Below, piece by piece: positions 26,044 to 63,120 of a DNA stretch of 64,000 bases. The stretch's first letter is position 1; each line of letters opens with the position of its first letter. The DNA comes from the human T2T-CHM13v2.0 reference genome, Homo sapiens: NCBI RefSeq assembly GCF_009914755.1, contig NC_060939.1; one strand, written 5' to 3'. The notes beneath the pieces were generated by a model, which worked only from the letters and a program-made list of their open reading frames with translations, ran no database searches and had not been told where the DNA came from. The translations under genes and the position numbers were made by a program.

Positions 26044-26915
26044 TTATATCATAAATTTTAAATCTGTTAAGATACATAAATACTTGGTATTGTGTTACAA
26101 TTGCCTACAGTATTCAGTACAGTAATCTGCTGTACAGGTTTGTAGCCTAGGAGCAATAGATTATATCACATAACTAGGTGTGTGTGTAGTTGGCTACACC
26201 ATCTAGGCTGATGTAAGTACACTCTATGATGTTTGCACAATGACAAAATTGCCTAACAATGCATTTCTCAGAAGGTATCTCTGTCATTAAGAGACACATG
26301 GCTATAGTTTCCAGGCGATACCTATGCCGTATTTGAATAGCAAGGCTCTAGTTTAGAGCACTGTTTAGGGAAAACCACTGGCCCTGTATCTTAAGTTGGG
26401 TTGCCTGAAAAACAGGTACTGAGATGGAGATTTCCCCACAGGAGGCTTACTTGGGAAGGCTCTTGGAACAACACAAGTAAAGGAGTAAAAGAAACAGGAT
26501 TGGGCAGCCTGTGAAACAGTTGCCACCATCTCAGCTGCTCCTTCAGGAAGCTCTAGAGCTGGGAGGTCCTTCCGTTGTCTTGAGATATGGGGACCAGGCC
26601 TATGAAACCCCATATTAACCAGGCATGGAATGTAGACTGCCCAGAGGAAGGCATCACTTGGGGTGAGGCAGGTCCTTTTCATGGAGCAGCTCTCAGAGGG
26701 GGACTTTGTTGTGAGCCATGAGGAACCAACACTTCTGCAAGTGGGGCGAGTGAGCACCTCAGCCTGGAGGGGGATCTAGGTGAAGCACCACAGTGTCTAC
26801 TATTCTGGTGATAGCCCAGTGACCTCAGGAAATCACTGTACTATTTTCCATCTTAGTCCACATTTAGGACAGAATATGATAGACATTTCTGTTTTATTAA
26901 TAAATGGAACAATGT

Positions 26916-27318
<403 letters not shown>

Positions 27319-27686
27319 CTAATTTGAAAGTTGCACAAATCATCTTATTTCAAGCAGGGATGCAGGTAAAAGGTTCAGGAAGGCCCTTTGGCAGACACTT
27401 TATGGACTGATTTCACAGAAATGAGGGCTAGGTGAACTAACATCTAAGGAAAAGGATGTGTGCCATCTAGTGGCACTAAAAGCAAAGCCTAATGCTTAAC
27501 GAAAGATTTCCCTTTTCATCGTCAGGGAACTCAGTGAGGTTTTCAGTAGTGTTTTCCTACTTTTAGAAGTAGGTGTGGGAGTTCACTAAATGAAATAAAA
27601 TTACAATATCTACAGCTGGATAGCTGTGTGGGGTAACACATAAAATTGGATCCATTCTTTCTACACTGGATAAATTCCAAATTTAA

Positions 27687-27989
<303 letters not shown>

Positions 27990-28256
27990 TTAAGTACTAG
28001 AATTCACAAGAGTGAATACCTTTATAACTCAGAAGTGGGGAAAATACTCCTATCTATGATCAGAATCCAGAAGCATTAAGGGAAGAGATTAACTATAATT
28101 TAAACAAACAAAAAAGCAAGGCAAAAAGTCTAAAAAATATATGTAGCTTATATCATGAGGGACTAATATATAAAAAGCTTCTAAAATATTTTTAAAGACC
28201 ATCCTGAAAGTAAAAGATGGACAATTTAAATAAAAAGAAGTACAAATAGCCCTTAA

Positions 28257-28739
<483 letters not shown>

Positions 28740-29031
28740 TGATCTTCTCCTATTGTTTACCATTTTTATTAGATTTTGGTTTACCTTTCTATTGTTTATT
28801 TTTGAAAATATAAGTAAGTATCCATTTGTATATGTATCTCTACCACCCCGTATACCAAAGGCAGCATACTATATACACTCTTTTATGCCTTGCTTTTTCA
28901 CTTCACTTCACATCATAGTCATATATCTTCCACATTCCTTAACAGCTTCATAATACTTTGTCGTAAGCATGCATCATTTGAAAAAATGTTCCACTTCATT
29001 GACAAAAAGATAAATACAAAACTATACTGGA

Positions 29032-29329
<298 letters not shown>

Positions 29330-30015
29330 CTACACTTTGATAACATTTCCCACATATCGATTTAGCAAACATCTAGGAGTTTGACAATTCATTCTATTGG
29401 AGAGGCTGCAGAGAAACAGGAAATGCTGCTGGTGTGAATACAAAACTGCACAACCCCTATGAAGGGGAATTTGGCAGAATTAAACAAAATAACATGTTCT
29501 TTTACCCTTTGACCTAACAATCCCATTTATAGAAATCTATGCTAAAGACCCACTGGCAAAAGCATATTATATATGCACAAGGAAACTTTTGTATAGCAAA
29601 AGACTGGGAATAGTCCACATATCCACTAGTAAGGGCCTGGCTAAATAAACTACAGTACATCCATATATAACCAAAAAGAATAATTATGCCCAGTTCATTT
29701 AAAACACAGTATCTTGATTTTACATCCTTAGTTGGATACAATTTTAGAAAAAAGGAAGTACATGCAAAGTTAAACTTCATTTATCTGTTAGCAATATCTC
29801 TATTGTTATTCTGTTTTTATTCTTTATCCTGTTATTGCTATTGTTGTGTTTATATACCTGTGAATATAGGTAGATGAAGCAAATAACCATTATGTTAATA
29901 TTAATATTTATTAATAGTAACATTAATAATAAGGCAATGAAAAGAACCAATATTTTCACTGCCTCCTTGTGTGTAGGAAAAAAGAACCAATATTTTCATC
30001 TTAAGAGAAAGGAAG

Positions 30016-30316
30016 GGCCGGATGTGGTGGCTCACACCTGTAATCCCAGCACTTTGGGAGGCCGAGGCGGGTGGATCATGAGGTCAGGAGTTCAGGACCA
30101 GCCTGGCCAAAATGGTGAAACACTGTCTCTACTAAACATACAAAAATTAGCCGGGCCTGCTGGCAGACGCCTGTAATCCCAGCTGCTTGGGAGGCTGAGG
30201 CAGAGAATTGCTTGAACGTGGGAGGTGGAGTTTGCAGTGAGCCGAAATTGTGCAACTGCACTCCAGCCTGGGCGACAGAGCGAGACTCCGTCACAAAAAA
30301 AAAAAAAAAAAAAAAA
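30016..30316 (+). mobile_element. Alu (S-type)
   Basis: Alu consensus with long A tail. Confidence 0.9.
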
Positions 30317-32695
30317 GAGAAAGGAGACGAAAAACAAGAAGAGCTCAGCTTTAAAAAAGGATCACGACGTAGAAAAAGACACAACACTGAAGATTGTCAT
30401 GGGTCTTTAAGAAAAGGAAATTTGAGACGGCTAAAACGCCGAACAGTGTGGAGTTTGGGGAAGAGATGTGGCTAAAGACAGCGTAAGCAATTTTTTAAAG
30501 TTATGTCTGAAGCAAGAAGAAAAGACAAGGAATAGGTTCAGTTTCATCTCTGATACACCGTTTCTTGTTAAAATTGATGTTTTTTTCTGCAGGCATTTGC
30601 TTCCTGAATGATGGTCCCACTCAGCCATCCACCTATACTTTCTACAAAGTCAATTTATACTGATTCTTCAGATCAGTTAATCACTGGTACGTTTCCCCTC
30701 CCCGGTCAAGGATCTTTTATTATACGCTATCATAGAATCATATTCCTTTCCTTAGCGCACTTCTCTCAACTGATAAGTGCCGCCATTAATGTACTTACTT
30801 GATAAATATATGCCTGCCTTTCCTCTTCCAGGGCCGAAACTGTGCCTGGTTTTGCTCATCATTCTATAGTCTATAGCACGAGTTCAATAAACAGTTGTTA
30901 AAGCAACATATTTAACTTACATTTTGTTCCCATCTCTTCACTCAGAGACTTTTCTTTGGATTGGGAAGGGTAAAATATCCGAAGATTTGAACTCCAAAAG
31001 AAACAAAATGATTCTATGCAAACGTTTCCTACTTAAAACTCATTCATTGGACAAATATTCATTTAGTCCCTGGCACTATTTGGTAATAGGAATACAGGAG
31101 TGCATATGGCAGATAAAGTTCTGTTGCTGCCCTTACCAAGTTTCGTGGGGGTGAGATGTGGTGTTAGTAAATGCATACTATTTTGTCTGTATTTAAATCG
31201 AGTCCAAATCTCTCGCTCTACAGCCCGCCTTGGGATGTTTCTTATATCCCAAGAAACAGAATATTTTGATGGGATCGCTGATGTTTCAGACTGCAAAAGC
31301 AGCTCAGGGCGTTTGCAGTCGTGCAAGTCAACAAGATAACCGTCTGGACCGGAAGCTGGGCTCCTCCCGGTCTCCTAACGCCAAATCCAACACCAAGCTT
31401 CTGCAGCTGCCACCTCCCGTAGACTTCGCATTTCTTCCGCACTCTCCTCTCACGACGGGTCTTCTTTGTTGTACTTAATTTCCTACGCAATAAGATTTCA
31501 GCATCACCATCAGTCCCCCAAAGACTAATTCCCACAGAGCCGAAGTTCCCACCAAGGGCCGAGGGTTAAGGTTACTAAAATCAGCGTTTCTGAATCCTGT
31601 CTCAAGTTGTCTCATCTGGGCTTCCGTAAGAACGGTTTCTTCATAAGAGGGCCTTCAGCGACAGCCGAGCTCGGAAAAGAACGGGAATAAGTTGTCTTTT
31701 ATATTTCCTCAAATACTGTGAATGGTCTGAGGCGCAGGTCAGGTGTATTTAAAAACCTTTAAACAGTATTCCCCCGCCCCAAAAACTGGCCTTGAAGGAA
31801 CAAGTGAAACTCATCCTGCTTTTCATGTTTGCTGGGTTTGCCCGTTACACCCCTTCGCCCGCACTTATCTAGACAGGCAGCTCTCGGCCACCCTCCGGGG
31901 TCCTGATTTTGAAAAGAGGAGTGGACCAATCAGATGTGGAGCGCTGTTTGGCGCTGCCATTTGAGCCTGGGCTGAAACTGCGGGTGTGACCCCCCCGTGG
32001 TGGCTCTGGGTGTCTGCGGAGGAGCTGGGGGCGGAAGCATGAGGCTAACGGCTTGGCTTCAGTGAACGCACCGGGATGTGCAGGCCGGGAGGTAGAGGCA
32101 GGCTGATGGGGGAGGGAACGAGCAGCCTGTGAGACGGGGTGACGGCGGCTACCAGCCCGGGCGGGCACCGGGACTGGAAGAGTTGCCTGAGCAGCCGGCT
32201 GGTCCGGCGGCCAGGCTAGGGCGGGGGCGAGCGCCCAGTTGAGCCTGCTGGGGCTGGAGGAGCGAGAAGGGTTTTCTTCACATTTCAGAGCGAACCAGAC
32301 GGGGACAGTAAGGTTTGGAGGAAGGGGGATCGTTGGAAGTAGCAAGAAGTGGAGAGAATCTGGCAATAGACGAGAAACCGAAAGAATCAGAAAGAAGTCT
32401 ATGTGAGTAGCTGAAAGCATTGGGTGACCAGAAAGAAGGTCGGTGTAAGTGAAGGAAGAGTGAGGTGTGGCTGGATCAAAGGGCTAAGAGAAGCGGGTCT
32501 GTGTAAGTGGATGTGAGTGAGGATCAAGGAAAAGCCGTGGAAGTGGCCGGGGGTCGGGGCCGCAGAAGTGCCAGACGGGGCCGGAAAGCAGCCGAGCGGA
32601 GTTCAAATTTGAGAGCGTTTGGAAATTGGAAGACTTGGTGGCGAACGAGGGTCAGGACCTGCATCCTGCCTCAGAGAGTTATCGACGTATCCGGA

Positions 32696-54337
<21,642 letters not shown>

Positions 54338-56445
54338 TTGGTAAATGTTATACTTGTCATTAATGTAAATAAAGTGAGTAATTGGTATGACTTGCAGGAT
54401 GATGTACATGTTAGTTTGTAGCTCAGGATGATTGTTAAGCAATAGATTTGCTCTATTGAAAATGTTTCATTTTTTTCACTGTACAAGCAACTTAGATTTT
54501 TATTTGTACAAATTACTTCTTTGTTTTTCTTAATGATGGCAATTTTTAAACTTTAATTTTATTGTGATCTCTTAAAGCAGAGGTTAGACTTTACCTTTCT
54601 GACTCTGTCGTCCAGGCTGGAGTGCAGTGGCGCAATCTCACTGCAAGCTCCACTTCCTGGGTTCATGCCATTTTCCTGCCTCAGCCTCCCGAGTAGCTGG
54701 GACTACAGGTGCCCGCCACCACGCCCAGCTAATTTTTTGTATTTTTAGTAGAGACGGTTTCACCGTGTTAGCCAGGATGGTCTCGATCTCCTGACCTTGT
54801 GATCCGCCCGCCTCAGCCTCCCAAAGTGCTGGGATTACAGGCATGAGCCACCACGCCCGGCTAGACTTTACCTTTCTAAAGAAATTGTTTACTGGATTTA
54901 TAAGAAGTTAATTTTTGAAAATGACATATTTTTGTGTGATAGAAAGAATGGAGCAAGTTGTGCCTATTTCCTCCAAGTCAGATAAGGTTTCTAAAATAAA
55001 TAAATTTCTAGCATATAAAGGGTAGAGATAAACTCTGCAAATCTTATGTCTGGAATTATATTAATGTTTATTGTCCTTGCCAAAATTCCTAGAAATTAAT
55101 TTCCTTCAATAGCATCCTAAAACTCTATTTTTATTTGGGGCAGAGTAATTTCATTTATAGTGCCAGTAGGTGTACCTTGTGTTCACTCGAACTAAGAACA
55201 ATGGTTAAGGCAGAATAATGACTAAAATATGTTCATATATTATGATGTGGAAATAATTGATAACTTTTAAGCCATACTATGTTTTTAAAGATAATTTGCA
55301 CAAACACGTTTGTGTCTGTTCTGTCCAATATAGATTTGGCAATTATTTAAAGAGGGATAATCTTGAAAAAAATTAACCAAGGTGATTTCTTATATGTAGA
55401 TGCTCGATTTTGGAATTTGAAATAGTAGATGCACCTCTTTACCTTTTTTACTTGGATAAAAACCTATGATGATTTTGTCCTGTGTGTAAATGTTATTTAT
55501 TTAGCATAGACATTAAAGATAACTCTCTGGAAAATGACTTGACTAAGGCTCTCATGAAATTCAAAGTGCCATTTAGAACATGCACCAAATTGTCAAGTAA
55601 ATCTGTCTAAATTTATATTTTAAATTATTACAAATTACACATCTTTGAGGAAAGAGTATTATGAACAATAGAACATATTCTCTAGGTTGTAGAGGAAGGA
55701 ATAAGCAGACAGAATCAACCACTAAAGGTAGTTTTTCAGATTGGTTGTTAGAATGTCATGTTTAGATGTTGGAGCAGATTAGAGCAGCATTCATGCCACT
55801 CGGAGCAACCAGACTTACAGCATAAGTATGTACGAGGAATTTCAAATCATCAGATGTTTGCTTGGCTAGGTTCTACTTTGTTTATTTGATATCAAATAGG
55901 TTTGTAGATGTTTATGGCATTTCTAATTGTAAGTAGAGACAAAATATTCATATAGTCAGATATATGTTGTCTGCTTTAAACAATTTTTAAATTTTAAAAA
56001 TGCATTAACGTCTTTTTATATCCATCAAGGGAAGGATGAAATGTTGAATTTGAAGACTAATTCAGTAAGAAGTCCTAGGGGTTTAACTGTACATACTACC
56101 TGAACTGGCTTTTCTGAGAGATGAATCAATAATGAAACATGTCTGTTTTAAAAACTACCACATGTGACTCCTATTTTTGTTAGCTGAAAGCTGCAATACG
56201 GAGTATTACAGGAATGTGAAGGTGACTAGCTTGAAGGTAGGGTAACTAGAGAGCCAGAAAAGTTTTGTTTTAAACTTGATTTAATGCGTTTTTATTTTTT
56301 CTTATACAAAATAGAGATAATGTTGCTAACTTCATGGAATATTTGAGGAAATGATATGAAAGTGTCTGGACGTGCAGTAACCTCATGGCTTCTTCTCACT
56401 GTCTTATAAATGTAAATAAAGATCTAATATTAATTTGGTTATCTA
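54338..56445 (+). other. ARHGAP11A 3'UTR with proximal and distal polyA signals
   Basis: AATAAA at 54368-54373, ~54994 and 56415-56420. Confidence 0.6.
54601..54861 (-). mobile_element. Tail-less AluY in ARHGAP11A 3'UTR
   Basis: Perfect 16-bp TSD tagactttacctttct (54585-54600, 54862-54877); no poly-A/T tract. Confidence 0.92.
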
Positions 56446-56588
56446 ATAACAACTTAATACATAGAACTTAGTAGACTGCATGGCCACATTCTATAATATG
56501 ATCACTAAGAACTTAATGTAGGATTTTAATAGTCATGTTTTTCTTAATTGTGGCAGAATTTAAACCTTAATTTTGTGATCTTTTTTAG

Positions 56589-56912
<324 letters not shown>

Positions 56913-58069
56913 CTCTGTGATCTCTTAAATATATATGAGGTTTTATTTTTGAAACACCAAATTTCAAATGAAGCATAGGCATTTTGATCTATTTCAGTTA
57001 AATTTAACACAAAAGCAGTAAATTGTAGTGACTTCATTTTTTTCAACCACAAAATGAAGATAACAATGAACAAAGCTAAAGTAAAACTCAGAATTGAAAA
57101 AAGTCTCTGTGCATCAATAATAAATACTAACTCCAGCATGGCCAGTGAGCCTAGAGCCATTTAATGGATAGTGTTTGTCCTGTTGATTTAGCATGCATTG
57201 AAACAAGAAGCAAGAAGCAGATGAGCATCCGTGAAAGAAAAAGTACTGGGAAAGAGGCTTGGCTTCAAAATGAAAGGCCATGTGTCTCATAAATGAATTT
57301 TGCCAGCCTCTATTTATTGCATAAAAATTGCTGTAGATGATAATGGATTTGCTCTCTAGAGCTAAGATAAATAGATCTGGATTCTAACCTCATCAGGTTA
57401 CTTGTTTTGAGACCCCCAGGTTCTTTACTCATCCTCCATCTTGATCAAATTTGTAGTGCCATATTTATTGTATGGCTTTACATTTTGATTTTAGTATTTG
57501 AACAAATTTCAGTGTTCAAGATTGCACATAGTAGGTGCTCCATAAACCCTTATTTAAGAATCTGGGACTACCTGGACATACTTCTACAGTATGCTGGGAG
57601 TATGGTTTCTCTTCAGGCCAAAGTGGAATTTTACTTGATGGTTTGTGTGGACGTTTAGAAATAACACTCAGAGCTGATATTTCTACAGATTTTCAAGTTT
57701 ATCACTTTAATGGAAGTTTCTGGCTTCTTGTATTAAATATCCCCATAGTTTTCCTGATTAGTAAGAGGCCCCTCAGAGCAGGGTATACCTTATCATAGCC
57801 ACCATTAAAAGTTCTTAGGACTTCATCTTTTGTCTCTCTACCATTCATTGCCTCTTCCCTCTTGAAGCTGAAAGGCTTTAGACACAAAAACAAAAAACAT
57901 ATTCTAGAAGTTGACAAAATTAAAGGTGTGCTGTAGTGGTGATCTGGCACGTTGTAATTGAGACTGAGGAGGTGAATGACTTACATGGAGGTCGATGGAG
58001 CTGAAGAGGGTCTCTAGGAAATGTCATAGTCAAGAGGTTTGTATGCAGAATGTGGGGGTTGAAGAGCTG

Positions 58070-58268
58070 TGCGGCTCCTGGTGAGAGGCACACTTATCTG
58101 GGATGCAGTCTGGGGAGTCCTGGCGAGGCAGCTTCCACCTGCTGGAGGAGGGGCCGGGGCGGAGCTAAGATGCGGAGGAGGGTGACGCACTAGCTCTCCA
58201 GTTCGCCCGTTCCTGGCCTGACCCCCACCAAGGCCCATACCGCAGTAGGCTCCTCGGGCTGCCCCTCG
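58070..58268 (+). promoter_or_regulatory. SCG5: SCG5 promoter and non-coding exon 1
   Basis: Small CpG-rich patch with GC box GGGGCGGAGC 58156-58165, CRE-like TGACGCA 58183-58189 and a strong donor CG|GTGAGT after 58268. Confidence 0.7.
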
Positions 58269-58771
58269 GTGAGTACAGTTTTGATGTCGGCTCGGCCGCC
58301 TGCCGCCAACCCGAGATTTGGTATTGCCAGTTGTGGGAGGGCGTCCTGCTAAAATCCTTGAGGTGGAGGCTGGGGTCAGACGAAGGATGCGTAGGGGATT
58401 AGAATGTTTGGCTATCAGTAAGGGGAAGGGAGTACTGAGGGAGGAGATTGTGTAGTTCATCAAATCAGAGCGGCGTTTGCTGGGATGACATCCTGCATTC
58501 AGAGTGGACAAGGGAAAGATGGAGATGGAGAGCCTCGTGTCTGCCTCCAGCCTTTTCCATCAGAATTGCAGATTTTGCTGTTAAACAGCTACTCTCAGCT
58601 CTTTGGAGAGCAAGGTTTTATATCTAGTGGCTAGAAAAGGCCTTTTCTTTGCAGAAAAAGAAATTGGAGGGTATAAAAATTTTTGTTTCAGTAAAGGAAA
58701 TGCACGATTTTGCCTCCTCCCACCTCTCCATCCCCCATCCTCAGTAGAAGAATGATTAGAAGGAGGGTTTG

Positions 58772-59084
<313 letters not shown>

Positions 59085-60081
59085 GGGTTTGCAAGGCCGC
59101 TGCCTGAAGCATGCATCCAAACACGTTAAGCAGCTGTGGGGTAAGCTGCAAGGATAATGTTCACTTGTTTTGCAGACATACCCATAGAAACCAACATTTT
59201 GGACAGGTTGACCCTCCCACCCCCAGGCTAGTTAACTCCCTCTCACCACCACTGCCTCCCCATATTCTAACCTCCAGAACTGTTAAGGCAATGTTAGCAA
59301 CATAATAATAGCAATATAGGGGCTCATTCTGTGCCTGGCATTGTCCTAAACACTCTTAACATGTATTTGCACACACCCTCACAACAACCCTAAAAGGTAA
59401 ATGCTTTAATTATCTCCGTTTTGCAGAGGAGGAAACTGAGGGACTTGCCTACGATCACTCAGCATGTGGCTGAGCAAACAAACCTCAAACTACCCCAGCA
59501 GATTGCAGGGCTGGATCTAAGGAACATTTTCCTTCCTTTCAGGATCGCAAACGTATTGGATGTTTGCTAAACTGAAATGTTTCCCTGCCACCACTCCCAA
59601 CCTTCCTGAGCTTCTTGATTTGTGTCTTCCTGACTCCCTCCTGTTAGACTTTTATTCCCAGAGACTGGGAAAACCCAAGATGCCACTATCTCTTTCTCAA
59701 AATGTAAGCAAGTTTGGTTTATTTGTTTTAGTAAGAGAGGGAGAGAGTGATGAAGTTAGGAGTAATGCAGAACTTTCAGGGAGCTACAAGGAGGATAAAA
59801 ATTATGAGTGAGAACCGCCATTCCAGCCTAGCTTTCTCAAGAATGCAAACAGAGGGAATTGGATACCTGCAACTGTTTTGTTTAATACCTTTCTGCAATG
59901 ATGCTCTGCCTAGCATGGAAACTTAAGACAAAAGCAACCTCCTAAGGATTCTTTGTTACAACCCCTTTCTGGGTGGTCCTCGAACCACAACCTGGAGTGG
60001 TTGCATCATTATAATTGTATTATCACAATTGCCGATTGTAGCCTATCAGTATACATTTGGTCTTTTATCTGCAGGTTGACA

Positions 60082-60307
60082 ATGGTCTCCAGGATGGTCT
60101 CTACCATGCTATCTGGCCTACTGTTTTGGCTGGCATCTGGATGGACTCCAGCATTTGCTTACAGCCCCCGGACCCCTGACCGGGTCTCAGAAGCAGATAT
60201 CCAGAGGCTGCTTCATGGTGTTATGGAGCAATTGGGCATTGCCAGGCCCCGAGTGGAATATCCAGCTCACCAGGCCATGAATCTTGTGGGCCCCCAGAGC
60301 ATTGAAG
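60082..60307 (+). CDS. SCG5: Secretogranin V / neuroendocrine protein 7B2, first coding exon (gene continues beyond window)
   Basis: Exon 60075-60307 (ctgcag| ... G|gtattt). Encodes the signal peptide [26 protein letters not shown] followed by [50 protein letters not shown]. Confidence 0.96.
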
Positions 60308-62309
60308 GTATTTACTGTGTTCTGATGGTTTGAAGTTTCCGTTAGCATTTTAAATAATATATTTGCACACTTCTCACAACAACCTTATAAGTAGATGCCT
60401 TTATTATCCTATTTTTTTCAGAGGAGGAAGCTAATTTTTAAGAGACTCTACTTTCTCATGGTTTTCCCTTTCTTCTTCTACACAGTGTCTACATACTTAC
60501 ATATACACACCCACATGAGACTATAAGTCCTGTGAGAGCAGGGACCTTATCTATCTAATTCATAGCTGTAGCCCTAGCACCTAGCACAATGTCTGGTACA
60601 TAATAGGTGCTCAATTAATGTTTGTTGAATGAATGAAGGAGCATCTAGTGTTATCACTAAAGAAAGATTAGAACCCAGACATGATGTTTTCTCCTCACTG
60701 CTGATCTTCAGGAAATTGTGTCATCAGATAGCTGCCTTTTGAGTCAATGCCAGCCAGTACTTGTAAAAGAGCTTCAAAATGTAGAACCTACAGGATCTGA
60801 CTTGATTCCTAGGAATGACTCCAGTATACCCAAGAGGAGACAAAAGAGGTACTGACATTAAGAGTTTACGTGAAAGCTTTTGAAAATATTTAAAAATATA
60901 ACAATTTTATTAAATAATAAATTAAGAATAATTAAATCGTTTTAAGGTGGCAAGACCATTTTCCCCCTGAAGTTTTCCAAGTTTCTGGCAATGTGGTCAT
61001 AATACTTGTATTAGAAAGCAGTACTTCATTTGTTTGTTGTTTAATGATTTGTTTATAAAGAGAATCTAGCTTCTATGAGCTGGTGATGCAGCGTTAGACA
61101 GATTCCTTATTTCCATGCTTTGCTTTTTATCCTCTGATTCTAATGATCTCCTTCTCCACTAAGGCAGAATCCTAAAGAAGTAGCATGGTTAATTTCAGTT
61201 AAATGCAAGGGAGCATTTCCTTATAGTTCAAGGATTTGCCCATGGAGTGGGTCCGAAGGAAAATGAGAATTATCTCTAAAAGCATACCAACCAAATGCTG
61301 TTTGTTCCCTACAGATTGATTATGCACTATTTTGCCAGAGTCTGTGATTTTCTAAAAATGCTATCTGCCCTAGGGTTCTGTGAATGCCATGAATATTGTT
61401 GATAGATGATTCTTATTTCTGTTTTGTTACCCATAGTTTTAAGCCATTGAGTAAAACTAATTCGGTGAGATTGTAGTCTGTTTAGGTTGACATTTGATTT
61501 CAGGAGTGGATTAACACAAATGCGTTGAATCGGCAAGCATGCAAACCTAGCACATGGCTTGAATTAGAACAAATCCGACAGAGCTTCCTGTCATCCCTTT
61601 TAGGGAGAATCTCAGTCCTTCTCAGCATCTGTCACCGTTACTTCAAGCACACCTATATATTTCAGGCCAGCTCTTTTGAGACAAACAATAAATATCTACC
61701 TTTTTAAGGCAGGAAGTGCTTGGTTATTCACCTAAGCTGTTGTCATGGAGCTCTCTGAGTTTCCACTAATACCTGAGGCCTGATCAGCTGTGCTGGAAAA
61801 GAAACAGCCACTCCCGGGGCATCAAAAGCCTCTTTATCCAGAGACTCCATTCCCTCCAGTATCCAACTATTTAGTACCCACTATATACCAGGCACTAGGC
61901 AGGAGACTGGTGCAGCTCTGCCCTAAAGATTCACAGTCTGAGTGGAGAGGGAAGTGGGGACACACATCAAAAGTTATGACAGTGCATCCCAGCAGGTGTT
62001 TTGATAGATGTACACACAAGCTGCCGCCGTGGAAGCAAACAGGAGTAATTTAGTCTGCTTAGGAGTGGATGGGGTGGCTATAAGGAAATGCTGCTTTGAA
62101 GAAGCAACATTTGACCTGGGTTTTGAAGTTTGAGTAAGAGTTCATCAGGGAACCATAAGTGTAAAGGCATGGAGGTACAACTATTATGTACCCACAAAAA
62201 CTAAAAAAATAAAAGGCATGGAGACATGAAAGATCATGGATTAGGACAATTCAGAATTAAAAACTCTGTTTCCCTTATTACCCTTGGAATAATGTGCTTA
62301 ACATAGCAA

Positions 62310-62603
62310 TTTTTTTTTCTTCTTTTTGAGACAGAGTCTCACTCTGTCACCCAGGCTGGAGTGCAGTGGTGCAATCTTGGCTCACTGCAAGCTCTGCCTC
62401 CCGGGTTCACACCATTCTCCTGCCTCAGCCTCCTGAGTAGCTGTTTACAGGCGCCCGCCACCACGCCCGGCTAATTTTTTGTATTTTTAGTAGAGATGGG
62501 GTTTCACCGTGTTAGCCAGGATGGTCTCCATCTGACCTCATGATCCGCCTGCCTCGGCCTCCCAGAGTGCTGGGATCACAGGCGTGAGCCACCACACCCG
62601 GCC
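62310..62603 (-). mobile_element. AluY-like
   Basis: TSD taacatagcaat. Confidence 0.9.
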
Positions 62604-62667
62604 TAACATAGCAATCTTAAGTCTCCCCTATCAGTATCTGTGGAAGGGATGAATACTGACTTGAATT

Positions 62668-63120
62668 TTAGTTTTCTATTACTGTATAACAAATTACCAC
62701 AAATTTAGCAGTTTCACACAGCATTCATTTATTATTTGAGTTTTCCACTGCTCAGGAGTTTGGTGCGGATTAGTGTTCAGGTGCTGACCAGAGGTGTCGT
62801 CTTGGCTGCAGCTTGCGTCCTCTTCCAAGCTCGTTAAGGCTGTTGGCAGAATTCCATTTGAATTATATTGTAGGACTGAGTTCCCTTTCTCTTGCTGGCT
62901 GTCAGCCAACCAAAGCCCCTCTCAGCTCTTAGAGGCCGCCTCAGGTTGTAAGCCACATGCCTTCTCATAGCTGGAAGGAGAATATCTCTTTAGTCTTCTA
63001 ATTATAATGTAATATGATCCTGGGAGTGACTATCCCATGACCTTTTTCAGATAACAAGGGACTGATATCTCATTATATTCCCAGCAGGTGGGAATCTTGG
63101 GAGTCTTCCTAGAATTGTAT
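62668..63120. mobile_element. MLT1-type LTR relic
   Basis: ttagttttctattactgtataacaaattaccacaaatttagcagt...tgttggcagaattcc...gtaggactgag. Confidence 0.7.
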
